Virus record (IMG/VR): IMGVR_UViG_3300045988_121186 | Span: 1 to 64,000 of that record | DNA length: 64,000 nt | Source of the DNA: a virus | Strand: one strand, 5' to 3' | In this document: positions 16,749 through 26,867 of the stretch, piece by piece | Layout of the letters: each line of letters starts with the position of its first letter | Numbering within the stretch: position 1 is the stretch's first letter | The notes under the pieces: generated by a model | Told to the model about the DNA's origin: nothing | Databases searched by the model: none | The model's input: the letters and a program-made list of their open reading frames with translations, nothing else | Position numbers and translations under genes: made by a program

Positions 16749-16952
16749 ATGACTGACAGAGAACTTCTTGAAGAAAACAATAAAATGTTAAAGGAAATTC
16801 TAAGTTTTGTGAGAAAAGTCGATTCTGTTGAATATAGGGATCATCAAGACTTTATGGAATTTCTTAGAAATGTGGCAGCCGATATATGGGTAGAATATAC
16901 GGAGCCTGAACAAAGAAGTAAGTTGTTTAATTTAATAAATAAAGAAAAATGA
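16749..16952 (+). CDS. hypothetical protein (67 aa)
   Basis: ORF. Confidence 0.4.
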   Translation: MTDRELLEENNKMLKEILSFVRKVDSVEYRDHQDFMEFLRNVAADIWVEYTEPEQRSKLFNLINKEK

Positions 16953-17614
16953 AAACAATTTTTGATTTAAGCAGAGATGAGATTACGGCATTGACAGACG
17001 AAGACATAAGTCTGTATATAGACAAAGAGCTTGCTAATAAAGGTATTCCAATTGAAGCTAAAAACTGGAATATAAAGGACGAAAAAGAAGTCGCGTATCC
17101 AAGAACGGGAGTTCCAGTATTTATGTTAAAAGATATCGGCATCGGTTTTAGAACCATAGAAGGTGCAACTGAGGTGGCTAATTTGCTTGTCAAGTATAAT
17201 GCATTTAAAACAGAATCAAAGTATCTAACAGGATCGTATGAACGGTTTTGGATCATAAAGGAGGGTGTTTGCCCGGCTGTTAAAGGAGAAACAGGATATA
17301 GCGAGAAAGAGTTTGATAAGATAGATGAGAAAAATAAAAACCCTGAATTGACAAGTATAAATACCTTCAATGACACCGTGAAAAAAGCCAATGAAATCAA
17401 AGATAGGGTATTGAAATACGTGTACAATATAAAACAAGAGCGTTCATATAACAACGACATGGTTGGCATCTTTGAGAGGTATAAGGATATAGCAGATGGC
17501 GACATGGAGGTGGCTATGAATTTCATTAAGGAGGCCTATCCATTCAATGAAGAAACAGAGGTATTTATCAGGAAAAAGTTCAACATGTCCATACCAGTTG
17601 AGCCAGAAGAGTAA
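16949..17614 (+). CDS. hypothetical protein (221 aa)
   Basis: ORF; 4-nt overlap. Confidence 0.55.
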   Translation: MKTIFDLSRDEITALTDEDISLYIDKELANKGIPIEAKNWNIKDEKEVAYPRTGVPVFMLKDIGIGFRTIEGATEVANLLVKYNAFKTESKYLTGSYERFWIIKEGVCPAVKGETGYSEKEFDKIDEKNKNPELTSINTFNDTVKKANEIKDRVLKYVYNIKQERSYNNDMVGIFERYKDIADGDMEVAMNFIKEAYPFNEETEVFIRKKFNMSIPVEPEE

Positions 17615-17691
17615 AAAAAATAAGCTAAATTAAGTTATTTAAAATCTTTTTTATTATTAAAAGATATATCTTTGTCCAAAAAACAAACAAG

Positions 17692-17943
17692 ATGGAAGAA
17701 AAGGAAATAAAAGAAGCTATGACTGAAGCCCTGACGCATTTGGAGGGGTGTAAGTATTTCGTGGCTACGATAGTAAATGAAGAGGAAAGAAGGTTTGATA
17801 TGAGCCAACGAATGTCACAGCATCAATTGGCCTTAGTTATAAAAGGCATCTTATCTAATAATGAGATGATGATGATGGATGTTTTGCAGTGGTGCTCTGC
17901 CAGACTTAAAAATAATATAGATAAAAAGAAGTCAACTAATTAA
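17692..17943 (+). CDS. hypothetical protein (83 aa)
   Basis: ORF. Confidence 0.45.
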   Translation: MEEKEIKEAMTEALTHLEGCKYFVATIVNEEERRFDMSQRMSQHQLALVIKGILSNNEMMMMDVLQWCSARLKNNIDKKKSTN

Positions 17944-17954
17944 ATATTAATAAC

Positions 17955-18425
17955 ATGAATCGCTGGTTTGAAATTACGGTAAAAGCCGAGATTGACAATA
18001 TCGAGAACGGCAAAAAAAAGAAAGTAAATGAAAAGTATTTGGTAGATGCCTTATCTTACACAGAGGCAGAGTCAAGATCTTATGAAATCCTAAAGGGGTT
18101 GTATAAGGTGTTTGATGTTGTCAAGATCAATCCTATTAAAGTGTCGGAAATTTTCTTCAACGGAGAAGCTGAGTACTGGTATAAGTGTAAGGTAAATTAC
18201 ATTACACTGGATGAAAAGAAAGGTAAAGAAAAGAAAACGCCATGCTATATGTATGTCCAGGCCGGCAATCCGAAAGATGCTGAGGCTGTGTTAACTAAAG
18301 GGATGAAAGGTACGTTGGGCGACTGGAATTGTGAGTCTATTGCAGAAACGAAAATCATTGAAATATTTAAATACGATCTGCAAAAAGGTGTAGAAAAATT
18401 GGGAGAAAAGAAAACTAATGAGTGA
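17955..18425 (+). CDS. hypothetical protein (156 aa)
   Basis: ORF. Confidence 0.5.
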   Translation: MNRWFEITVKAEIDNIENGKKKKVNEKYLVDALSYTEAESRSYEILKGLYKVFDVVKINPIKVSEIFFNGEAEYWYKCKVNYITLDEKKGKEKKTPCYMYVQAGNPKDAEAVLTKGMKGTLGDWNCESIAETKIIEIFKYDLQKGVEKLGEKKTNE

Positions 18426-18648
18426 TGTTGTTTCCCGTGTAGCACTTGCGATAGCAATTGTATTATTGGTAGTAGCAGGTGCTACTTTACTGATAGTGAT
18501 TAAGACAGAAGAGGTACCAAGATGGTTAATGAACTTACCATATACGTTATCTTTAACGGCAGTATCTTTTTCAACTATATCACTTGTATCGAAATATAAA
18601 AAGTGGAAAAGAAATTGTACATCTGCGAAAAATGCGGACGAAAAGTAA
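18418..18648 (+). CDS. small membrane protein (76 aa, one or two TM helices)
   Basis: Hydrophobic stretches AIAIVLLVVAGATLLIVI and LSLTAVSFSTISLV. Confidence 0.4.
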   Translation: MSDVVSRVALAIAIVLLVVAGATLLIVIKTEEVPRWLMNLPYTLSLTAVSFSTISLVSKYKKWKRNCTSAKNADEK

Positions 18649-19121
18649 TGATAAGAAGTCATGGTTTATGCCAGGCTTGCAGGAGCAAAGAGTTGAATCC
18701 GAAGAAAAAAGACAGAATTACATCCATTAAAAACAGCAGCAAGAAGAAAAAGTTAGAGAACCCGGATTTATCCGGGTTTTTTCGTCTTATGTTGGAGGAG
18801 TTGAGTACTATTCGAATGTCTATGACTGGTAAAGCTATTCATTTTCCTACAGTATGTAACGTCTGTCACATACTTCCGAAAAGGATATATAAGTCGGTTG
18901 CTACTTGCAGGGATAATATAGTTTTCCTTCATGAATCGGAGCATACGGTATTCGACATGTATCTTGACCGGATGGAATTTGATAAACTTGAAACAGAATT
19001 TCCTTTTGTGTGGAAGTATGCGGTAAAGAAGGTACTGGATATGGAAAGCAGAGGAATGATCAAGGAAAGAGGTAGGTTGATTATTGAAATAATTGATAGG
19101 TATGATAGAAGAAAAGATTAA
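18603..19121 (+). CDS. zinc-ribbon plus HNH-like endonuclease motif protein
   Basis: N-terminal CEKCG...CQAC. CNVCHILPK...RDNIVFLHESEH resembles an HNH core. Confidence 0.4.
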   Translation: MEKKLYICEKCGRKVMIRSHGLCQACRSKELNPKKKDRITSIKNSSKKKKLENPDLSGFFRLMLEELSTIRMSMTGKAIHFPTVCNVCHILPKRIYKSVATCRDNIVFLHESEHTVFDMYLDRMEFDKLETEFPFVWKYAVKKVLDMESRGMIKERGRLIIEIIDRYDRRKD

Positions 19122-20421
19122 AATATTAATAGATTTAGGGTTTGTACCTATGGTGGAAGGAGAAGGAAATACGTTGTTTAGAATGAACGATGTTGTGATG
19201 TCAGTATCAGATCCTAATCAAACACCGGAGCAATTAAAAAAGGAAGCTATGTCTTTAATAAAGAACAGAGACATAGCAGAAAGAGGCGGACAGGTTCCAG
19301 TAGTTGAAGAGCCGGCTTCTGAGCCAGAGCAGGCCCAGAAGGAGGAACCGGAAGCTCCGGCGGAGGAAGCCGATCCTAACCCTGGAGAAGAAGACTCGAA
19401 TCCGTTTACAGAAAACCAGGAAACGTTAGAGCCGTTTTATATCTGTGATGAGTTGAAGAAGATTGAGACACCCAAATTTGTAAGATTGACATTAGACGGT
19501 AATCGTTTTTATGTAAGGAAGATGGATGATGGGGCAGCCAAGATATATGCTTCGGTAACAACCATGATTAGAGACGGATTCGTAGATGACAAGACGGCTC
19601 TTCAAGAATGGAGACAGGAGATGAGGATGATTGGTCGTAATCCAGAAGAAGTATCAGAATATGATGCAGATAAAGGAACGATCATGCACTACTTATACGG
19701 ATTGTATTTAACTGGCAGAGATATGGTCTTAAATAGAAGTTTTATAGTTAAAACTGTACAAGAAGGCAAGCTTAAGATATCGAAAAAGAATCTTGACAAA
19801 TTTTTTGGTAGTATAGATGACCTTGACGATATGATTGTCAGAGTTATGAAATTTGCCAAATTTTGTTCGGAGTATAAGGTTAAGCCGATGATGATTGAAA
19901 GAATATTGTCATTAGAAGACTATTTGGTAGCTACGCCAATAGATGCGATGGTTAAAATGACATTCAAATACAAAGAAGAAGGTTATTTTGGAGCCGTGTA
20001 TCAAAGGGCTACAGGGCAGTTCAAAAAAGGTGATCCGAAGAAGGAGGTAAGAGAGGTGGAGAAAGAAGAGATTGTTATCTTAGACTTTAAATCAGGTGAC
20101 ATACGAAATGAACACGCTTTTCAATTGGAGGCTGAAAGAAGAATGGTTAAAAACTGGTACGGAATTGACGCGCGTATTATGAATTTTTCTCCAAAAAGCA
20201 CAAACAGTAAAGGTTATACGCTAAAAGAATGGTCTGATAAAAATGCTGCTATGGAGAAAGCGGACTGCGTGTTCCAGCAAGGGATGTTGAATCACATTAG
20301 AAAAGACAAGAGGTTTAAAGTGAGAAAAGGAGTATTGAATATCAACAAGCCGTACAATGAAGAGGATCATATTGTTGTATATGATATTGCTGAGGAAATG
20401 TCTAAAAGATTCATAATATGA
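19093..20421 (+). CDS. PD-(D/E)XK nuclease-like protein (YqaJ / lambda-exonuclease-like?) with an acidic Pro/Glu-rich linker
   Basis: PIDAMVK ... EIVILDFKSG ... QLEAERR fits the D...(D/E)xK arrangement. The GC-rich patch 19300-19400 is a coding low-complexity linker. Confidence 0.4.
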   Translation: MIGMIEEKIKILIDLGFVPMVEGEGNTLFRMNDVVMSVSDPNQTPEQLKKEAMSLIKNRDIAERGGQVPVVEEPASEPEQAQKEEPEAPAEEADPNPGEEDSNPFTENQETLEPFYICDELKKIETPKFVRLTLDGNRFYVRKMDDGAAKIYASVTTMIRDGFVDDKTALQEWRQEMRMIGRNPEEVSEYDADKGTIMHYLYGLYLTGRDMVLNRSFIVKTVQEGKLKISKKNLDKFFGSIDDLDDMIVRVMKFAKFCSEYKVKPMMIERILSLEDYLVATPIDAMVKMTFKYKEEGYFGAVYQRATGQFKKGDPKKEVREVEKEEIVILDFKSGDIRNEHAFQLEAERRMVKNWYGIDARIMNFSPKSTNSKGYTLKEWSDKNAAMEKADCVFQQGMLNHIRKDKRFKVRKGVLNINKPYNEEDHIVVYDIAEEMSKRFII

Positions 20422-20651
20422 GCGATATTGTTATTCCTAAAGGAGATTATGTGGAAATCGTAAAACCGATACATATCAATCCTTTTGGTTATTGTTTTAT
20501 TAACATCAAAAGGGGTTCAAGATTAAGATTATCGGAAGATTTGAAAATAGGAGATAAGTATGCAATATACATACTCGTATCTTATGAGAAATATGGCAAG
20601 ACCGTTAAAATGATAATGCCTATACTGGCCAGAAATACAAGAAGGGTATGA
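20418..20651 (+). CDS. hypothetical protein (77 aa) sharing an N-terminal IIPKG-x-YVEI ... KIGDKYA motif with 33409..34152
   Basis: Paralogous N-terminal motif. Confidence 0.45.
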   Translation: MSDIVIPKGDYVEIVKPIHINPFGYCFINIKRGSRLRLSEDLKIGDKYAIYILVSYEKYGKTVKMIMPILARNTRRV

Positions 20652-20998
20652 GAAGAAAGATTAGGAGAACAGGAGAGATAATAGACGTAATTACCTTTAG
20701 CGGTTCAACTATAAGGAGTGATTATGACAAAATACAGTTCTATGATAGTAATGGAAGTGTGATAAATGGGAGTTTAAATTATTATCTCGATACCCTTCCT
20801 GTGGATGATGAAAACAAAGACGTAGATTGGGAACAACGTAGATTCGATCTTGTTAAAGCCTATTCTATTGAGTTTATCAAAATGCAAGATAGAAAAGGAG
20901 AGATAGATTGCGGGGTATATATACCAGATGTGGTGTCATGGTCTATAACTATAGCAGATAGAATCATAGAAGCAATGAGAGGAGTTAAAAATGCTTGA
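20648..20998 (+). CDS. hypothetical protein (116 aa)
   Basis: ORF. Confidence 0.45.
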   Translation: MRRKIRRTGEIIDVITFSGSTIRSDYDKIQFYDSNGSVINGSLNYYLDTLPVDDENKDVDWEQRRFDLVKAYSIEFIKMQDRKGEIDCGVYIPDVVSWSITIADRIIEAMRGVKNA

Positions 20999-22004
20999 TT
21001 TCAGAAAATACGAAAACGTACCTCGGTTTCAACTTGACCGCAGGCCTGGCAGGAGCCGGCTGAAGCTAACCTGCCCAGCTTGTGGGAAAAGCCGGTGCCT
21101 CACCCCTTATATTGATGTGGCAACAGGTCAGGTTGTTGGCAATGAGTTTGGAAGATGCGATCATGAACGGACATGTGGTTATGATAAACGACCAACTGGT
21201 AAGGATGTAGGAGACAAAGATCTTTGGATTTCAGGAAATAAATGCATAAGAGCTTATCGTCCTCCTGTAAATCCTGACGTTGTAAATTACATACCTTTTA
21301 GCGAGTTTGAGAGGACTGTAGTTCCAGACGATAGAAACACCGTATTTAGATTTTTATCGTCTCTATGGGGGAAAGAAAGGGTATCTGATGTGTTCAGAAG
21401 GTATCATGTCGGAACAATGGACTTATGGGGATGGAAGGGGTGTTGTATATTCTGGCAGATAGATAAGGACTTTGTATGTAGAACCGGCAAGATTATGGAT
21501 TTTTACATAAAGACCGACAGCCAGGGGAATGAGATTGATGTAAAAAGAGTGAAGGAAAAAGACGGTGACAATGAGCGACCTCATGTCATGTTTTATCACT
21601 CGTTGCATGCAAGAGACTTCTTGTTTAGACAATGCCTGTTTGGAGAACATCTTCTAAGCCAGTATCCGGATAAGGTAGTTAATTTGGTGGAGTCAGAAAA
21701 GACGGCTATTATATGCGCCGTGAATAAACCAGATGAGTTGTTTGTAGCTACCGGTGGGTTGCAGAATTTAAGACCGGAAGTGATAGATGTTTTAAAAGAT
21801 AGAAAGACTGTAGCTTTTCCGGACAAAGGACAAGCATTTGACACATGGAGTAAAAAGATAGATGGGATGATGATGAAGTCAAGGATAAAAGTATCGGACT
21901 ATCTTCAAAATGTTGAAAATGTAGGAGACGGAGATGATGTGGCAGATTTGATAATTAATAATAAAGTAAAAGAAAAATATTATGAGCCTGGACGTTTATA
22001 TTAA
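20991..22004 (+). CDS. primase-like protein: N-terminal zinc-ribbon plus TOPRIM-like domain
   Basis: CPACGKSRC...CDHERTCGYD. TOPRIM-like VNLVESEKTAII ... VAFPDKGQAFD (compare DnaG FDGDRAGRDA). Confidence 0.4.
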   Translation: MLDFRKYENVPRFQLDRRPGRSRLKLTCPACGKSRCLTPYIDVATGQVVGNEFGRCDHERTCGYDKRPTGKDVGDKDLWISGNKCIRAYRPPVNPDVVNYIPFSEFERTVVPDDRNTVFRFLSSLWGKERVSDVFRRYHVGTMDLWGWKGCCIFWQIDKDFVCRTGKIMDFYIKTDSQGNEIDVKRVKEKDGDNERPHVMFYHSLHARDFLFRQCLFGEHLLSQYPDKVVNLVESEKTAIICAVNKPDELFVATGGLQNLRPEVIDVLKDRKTVAFPDKGQAFDTWSKKIDGMMMKSRIKVSDYLQNVENVGDGDDVADLIINNKVKEKYYEPGRLY

Positions 22005-22335
22005 GAGCAAGAAGAAAGAAGAGGATCGTAAATGGGTTACAAACATCACCCACAACATGAACAAGATGGCACAAAAAATATTCGTATCAGAAAATAAAGA
22101 AACGCTGTACGATTATGTTTGGAGACCGGAAGAATTGGGTAGGGAAATAGATACCAAAGAGATGGCGAAGATACTCACAAAAGGTATATATATTATGATA
22201 TCCAAGAGAAAGAGTCTTTTGAGATACGAACCAGAAAATGGATGGGGGTCTTATGATTCATTTCTTAAGTTTCTTATCGAATACAAAGAGGCATGTGAAG
22301 ATAATCCAGGGTATGTAATTGAAGCAAGTAGATAA
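21982..22335 (+). CDS. hypothetical protein (117 aa)
   Basis: ORF. Confidence 0.45.
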   Translation: MSLDVYIKSKKKEEDRKWVTNITHNMNKMAQKIFVSENKETLYDYVWRPEELGREIDTKEMAKILTKGIYIMISKRKSLLRYEPENGWGSYDSFLKFLIEYKEACEDNPGYVIEASR

Positions 22336-22594
22336 CATGGAAAATTATAAAAACACTTTAAACGAGGTAGTGGTGATCGAATCATCACCAGAAACGTATT
22401 TTGTTTATGCTATTCGTAATGCTATTCGTATCTCTAAATGTGCGTATCCTACAGCCAAGAAAGTAATTTTCAAAAGAGAGGACGTAGAGGTGGAGATCTC
22501 GGAAATGGAAACTGAAAGCAGTTTGTATGAAAAGTTTAAAGAGAAACAAAAGGATAGAGTATGGAACTCAATGTGCGGCAACAACGGATTTTAA
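22319..22594 (+). CDS. hypothetical protein (91 aa)
   Basis: ORF. Confidence 0.4.
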   Translation: MKQVDNMENYKNTLNEVVVIESSPETYFVYAIRNAIRISKCAYPTAKKVIFKREDVEVEISEMETESSLYEKFKEKQKDRVWNSMCGNNGF

Positions 22595-23127
22595 GAGGCG
22601 AAATTTGCCCTTATTGCGGAAGAGAAACAGAGTTGGTCAATGCCGATAAAATATATAGCAGAAAAGGCTTAGGGATGGTTATGATGTGTAAACCATGCAA
22701 CGCTTATGTCGGTGTTCATGAATCAGGGCCGAATAAGGGAAAAGCTAAAGGCCGGCTTGCGGGCCCATCACTAAGGTCTCTTAAAATAAGAGTCCATGCC
22801 GAACTTGACAGACTGTGGTCTACGCCGGAAGAACAGGAAAGGATGTATAAAGATTTATCAGAATTTCTCTCTATACCGGAAGAATATACGCATATAGGCA
22901 TGTTCGGTGAGAAGACGATGGGGAAAGTCTTTCAGTTCTGTCATATAAATAAAGAACGATCAGGTTCGAGGATAGAATGGCATAAACCTGGAGATAAGTG
23001 TCCTAATAAGAATAATCAAATAGTGTCAGGGAGTAGTGCATGCAGGGGATGTCCTGAGTATCTTCATGATGAGAAAGACGGATATGTTTGGTGTGATCCT
23101 GATATGAGCTACGGCAGGTTGAAATAG
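22561..23127 (+). CDS. zinc-ribbon protein (188 aa)
   Basis: CPYCG ... CKPC and C-terminal CRGCPEY ... C. Confidence 0.45.
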   Translation: MELNVRQQRILRGEICPYCGRETELVNADKIYSRKGLGMVMMCKPCNAYVGVHESGPNKGKAKGRLAGPSLRSLKIRVHAELDRLWSTPEEQERMYKDLSEFLSIPEEYTHIGMFGEKTMGKVFQFCHINKERSGSRIEWHKPGDKCPNKNNQIVSGSSACRGCPEYLHDEKDGYVWCDPDMSYGRLK

Positions 23128-23179
23128 GGCGCGAATTGCCTATCTTTGTGCTATTATTAATCAAAAAAAATATAAGCAC

Positions 23180-23458
23180 ATGGGTAGATCGACAGAGTAC
23201 TACAGGACTCATCCCGAAGCTAGGAAGAAAAAGGCTAAAAAAGACAAGGAGATAAATGCCAGACCGGAACAGAAAGCCAAACGCCGGGAACTTGGTCGTA
23301 AAAACTACGAAACGGACAAGAAGAAGGGCAAGGGCTGGAGGAAAGGCAAGGATTGTTCTCATACCAAGAACGGTCTTAGGTATAAATCAGTAAAAGCTAA
23401 TAGGGGATCCAAGTCGGATACGAAAGGTGACAAAAATGCAAGAGGAGATAGCAAATAG
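23180..23458 (+). CDS. highly basic K/R-rich small protein (92 aa)
   Basis: More than 35 % K+R; possible nucleic-acid-binding protein. Confidence 0.4.
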   Translation: MGRSTEYYRTHPEARKKKAKKDKEINARPEQKAKRRELGRKNYETDKKKGKGWRKGKDCSHTKNGLRYKSVKANRGSKSDTKGDKNARGDSK

Positions 23459-24560
23459 GATAGATATAAGAAGGATATTCAAGACCTCTAAACAGGTTAT
23501 GGAAGAGGCGTATGAGAATATCTTAAAATACAGGCGGGGAGAACTTATCCCCGCTAAAACCGGATACGATTATATTGACGAGGCTTTGCTTGGAGGCATT
23601 TTCCCTCAGCATGCTATTGCCATAGGAGCCCGGCCATCTGTAGGTAAATCGTATGTGGCTCAAAAGATATTGGAAAATGTGATGAATCCGATGATTAACC
23701 CGCAAGCAGAAGATTATTTTCTTGTCAATTGCGAGTTCGAAATGAATCCTCAAGATCTTCTTCTTCGCAGAATGAGCCAGGATATGAAAAAGCGGGCTCC
23801 TGAAATATTAAGAAGGCAAGATTCTAATACAGTAGAAGAGATGAGGATGTTTGAAATCCTTCAAGGTGAAATCAGAAATAATATAATATACATCGACGCT
23901 CCGTGTACGGTAAAAGAGTTTGAGGCGGCTGTGTATCATATAGCTACCAGACACAAGGACAAACGTCTTATAATATTTAAAGTCGATCATATTGCTTTGA
24001 TAAAAAGAATGGGGTTAGATCCTAAGTCGGCTATAGATGATTTGGTGGCGGTTATGAACGAAGCCAAATTAGTGTATAAAAACATATTTTTCCTCATCAT
24101 ATCCCAATTCAACAGAGAGATAGAAGGAAGGATAAAAAGCCCTCAAGAGCAGCCTCCCCGTCTTTCTGACTTTTATCAGTCTGATACGCTGGGGCAACTA
24201 TGTACGTTAATGATAGGCTTGCATAATCCTCGCAGATACGGACTGGATAAGTATATGATATTTGGGAAAGACTGGTATCAGACTCTTAACCGGTTTAAAA
24301 CTGAAAACAAAACATCATTCAGGACAGCCGGACTGGTGTTTCATCATATACTGAAGGTAAGGCAAGTTAGTATGGAAGAGCTTACTAATACAATCCACCC
24401 AGAGATCCTGCCGGGGCATGGATGGATGTACGGGGAGGGAGGGACGAAGTTCGTGAACCCCAACCAGCCGCCGACGCCGCCCAAGCTCTATACTGTGGAA
24501 GACGTTACGAACAATCAAGATCAAGAACAAGAGGTAAAGGAAGAACAGTCAGTATATTAA
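23427..24560 (+). CDS. DnaB-like / RecA-fold replicative helicase (SF4-like ATPase domain)
   Basis: Walker A GARPSVGKS; Walker B-like IIFKVDHIALI; immediately downstream of the primase-like gene. Confidence 0.55.
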   Translation: MTKMQEEIANRIDIRRIFKTSKQVMEEAYENILKYRRGELIPAKTGYDYIDEALLGGIFPQHAIAIGARPSVGKSYVAQKILENVMNPMINPQAEDYFLVNCEFEMNPQDLLLRRMSQDMKKRAPEILRRQDSNTVEEMRMFEILQGEIRNNIIYIDAPCTVKEFEAAVYHIATRHKDKRLIIFKVDHIALIKRMGLDPKSAIDDLVAVMNEAKLVYKNIFFLIISQFNREIEGRIKSPQEQPPRLSDFYQSDTLGQLCTLMIGLHNPRRYGLDKYMIFGKDWYQTLNRFKTENKTSFRTAGLVFHHILKVRQVSMEELTNTIHPEILPGHGWMYGEGGTKFVNPNQPPTPPKLYTVEDVTNNQDQEQEVKEEQSVY

Positions 24561-24572
24561 AAAAAGAAACGT

Positions 24573-25175
24573 ATGAGACTTACCGTAGAAGAAAACGAAT
24601 ACCTGATAAGTAAGTTCCTTTTGGTTCTTACTGAGTTCGCAGGGGATGAAAGAGAGATGTTTTTAATCAACTCCATACACGACAAGGCGGTGGCGGATAT
24701 GAATTATCGTCTTCCGTCTTTAATAAGCAGAGAACGCAAAAGACGAGTTATTGAGCTCCTTAAAGAAGGAACCAGAATAATCAAGGACTTTTCCGGCTAT
24801 GCAGGTGATATGGGTATGATTAACGAATACGATCGTTTAAAGAAAGAAATAGGAACCGTCCAAGATCAGCTTGGTGACGTAGAAGGTCAACTTCGGGCAG
24901 CCGGCGAAGTAATCAAAAAAGAGCTTGATATGATTGCTGACCGAATCAAAGAAGATCTTCTCGACCGAGAGCTGGCTAAAAGTAATGCCGAGGCTGAAAG
25001 AAAAGCCAAAGTGGATCCAAGATACGAAGTGGCTTTAGGTGATTACAAGGAGATGCTGGAAGTGATTTTTACAACCAGAAACAAGTATTCTACGGTAGAT
25101 TCTGTACATGACGATCTTCGACAGTCGGTATCTACCGGTAGAAATTCGATTATCAAAGAAGGATACAACAGTTAA
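24573..25175 (+). CDS. hypothetical coiled-coil protein (200 aa)
   Basis: ORF. Confidence 0.5.
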   Translation: MRLTVEENEYLISKFLLVLTEFAGDEREMFLINSIHDKAVADMNYRLPSLISRERKRRVIELLKEGTRIIKDFSGYAGDMGMINEYDRLKKEIGTVQDQLGDVEGQLRAAGEVIKKELDMIADRIKEDLLDRELAKSNAEAERKAKVDPRYEVALGDYKEMLEVIFTTRNKYSTVDSVHDDLRQSVSTGRNSIIKEGYNS

Positions 25176-25190
25176 AAACAAGGAGGAAAT

Positions 25191-25397
25191 ATGGAAAAGA
25201 AGGAATTTAAAATAGGAGAAGTGTTTGATGCCGGACTTGTGAGATTAAAATGCGTGGAACCTACGGCACCAGATGCAGGATGTGAAGGATGTATATTTAA
25301 TTACTTTACATGCGGGGCAGTGGGTGTGGTTGCAGGTCCGTGTAATCACACGGAGAGGGAGGATAACAAGGATGTTATTTTTATTAAAGCTGATTAG
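25191..25397 (+). CDS. small Cys-rich protein (68 aa)
   Basis: ORF with Shine-Dalgarno aaggagg. Confidence 0.45.
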   Translation: MEKKEFKIGEVFDAGLVRLKCVEPTAPDAGCEGCIFNYFTCGAVGVVAGPCNHTEREDNKDVIFIKAD

Positions 25398-25399
25398 GC

Positions 25400-26113
25400 A
25401 TGTACATCAATTTCAGACAACTTGCAGCATCAGACATGACTCCTAATGATCTCGCTAATCTTCTTGCCATAAGACAGAAGGATTCGGTTATGATCGAAGC
25501 CATGCCGGAAGAAGATGCTGGGAGGTATATAGAGCTTGGCCTGGTTGAGAAATTAAAATCAGGCGTGATGAGATTAACCAACAAAGGAACGTCTTTTGTG
25601 AATTATATAGAGACACCGGAAATGACGGACGAGGTTCTGGAAACGTTGAAGATTATGATAGGAATGTACGAATCATATTCAAAAGACATAGGTGTCAGCA
25701 GAAAAGAAGCGGAATCCAGATTGTGTTGGTTTATGGGTAACACCTCATTTAAGAAAGAGGTCATACTTCAGGTAACAGAATCTTATATAGCAGAGTCAGG
25801 AGATTACACAATGAGCTTATGTAACTTCATATGGAAACCGCCTTCTCAGGCTTTTTCAGTCCATATGAACCTTAAAAACTCAAAGCTCTTTGACTTAATA
25901 GCTGAAAAATTTAAGATCGCTACCGAGCCTTATTTGGAGTCTAAGAAGAATAAGGAAATGGATTGGTTGTTTGCCGTATCTAAATTGCCTACGCCGCCGG
26001 CTAAAGGAAATCCGGATTATTTGTTTACCGGAAGTTCGGAAACAGACAAAGAGAGGTTGAAAAACATAAAAACGTATTTATTTAATAAAATTAGAAAGCA
26101 ATGGAAAAAGTAG
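25400..26113 (+). CDS. hypothetical protein (237 aa)
   Basis: ORF. Confidence 0.5.
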   Translation: MYINFRQLAASDMTPNDLANLLAIRQKDSVMIEAMPEEDAGRYIELGLVEKLKSGVMRLTNKGTSFVNYIETPEMTDEVLETLKIMIGMYESYSKDIGVSRKEAESRLCWFMGNTSFKKEVILQVTESYIAESGDYTMSLCNFIWKPPSQAFSVHMNLKNSKLFDLIAEKFKIATEPYLESKKNKEMDWLFAVSKLPTPPAKGNPDYLFTGSSETDKERLKNIKTYLFNKIRKQWKK

Positions 26114-26352
26114 AAATCAGAAAGATCATAGAGGATACGATTATTACTCAGTTTCTTCATTCGGAAATGGATATGATTCATGAAGAAGATGTGTCGTTTG
26201 AAGAACTTGGATTAGATTCTATTGATAAAGTTGAGCTTGATGTGATGGTGGAACAAAAATTCAATATTGTTATTATTGATTATTATACAGAATCCATCAA
26301 AGAAATGACTGATCTTGTTTACAAAATAATAACAGAAGGATATGGGAAGTGA
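26101..26352 (+). CDS. acyl carrier protein-like (83 aa)
   Basis: SFEELGLDSIDKVELDVMVEQKFNIVI aligns with the ACP phosphopantetheine site [28 protein letters not shown]. DSI replaces DSL. Confidence 0.6.
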   Translation: MEKVEIRKIIEDTIITQFLHSEMDMIHEEDVSFEELGLDSIDKVELDVMVEQKFNIVIIDYYTESIKEMTDLVYKIITEGYGK

Positions 26353-26836
26353 TATAATTTTATGCATGGCTTTAATAGCGTCATTTGCTTTTGTTATACA
26401 GTTTTTGTTGTCGATATTAGGATCTGATCTGGATACGGATATTGACATTAACAGCGCTTCTGATTTAAGCATGTCTTTGTCGGACATCATATCATTCAAG
26501 GGCATAACACATTTTATTCTTGGATATAGCTGGACCACATACTTTTCGGGTTCCCATTTAGTAGGGGCCGTAATAGGGTCATTTTTCTTTATCGTTTTGT
26601 TTTACGTATATAAGTTACTTCTTAAGTTAAAACAAGAAATGGTGTACGAATGTCCGGAAGATTTAAATGGCAGAGAGGTGGAGATAGCATTTAGATCAGG
26701 TAAGAATCATTATATGGTAAATATTTCTAAAAATGGAAGACAGGAACAGATGAGAGTGAGGTGCTTGTCTGGAAAAAATTACAAAAACGGTGACAAGGTG
26801 AATATAAAATACGAAGAAGGAGAATTAAGTATCTAA
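26342..26836 (+). CDS. NfeD-like (YuaF-type) membrane protein: N-terminal TM helices plus C-terminal beta-barrel (OB-like) domain
   Basis: Two hydrophobic segments. C-terminal GREVEIAFRSGKNHYMVNISKNGRQEQMRVRC..GDKVNIKYEEGELSI. Sits immediately upstream of an SPFH/flotillin gene, as in yuaF-floT. Confidence 0.55.
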   Translation: MGSDIILCMALIASFAFVIQFLLSILGSDLDTDIDINSASDLSMSLSDIISFKGITHFILGYSWTTYFSGSHLVGAVIGSFFFIVLFYVYKLLLKLKQEMVYECPEDLNGREVEIAFRSGKNHYMVNISKNGRQEQMRVRCLSGKNYKNGDKVNIKYEEGELSI

Positions 26837-26867
26837 TTTTTTTATCAACAATTAAATTTTAAAAGTT

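Noticed and set aside
19300-19400. GC-rich island as a candidate ncRNA
   Set aside because: It lies in-frame inside ORF 19093..20421 and encodes an acidic Pro/Glu-rich linker (EEPASEPEQAQKEEPEAPAEEADPNPGEED).
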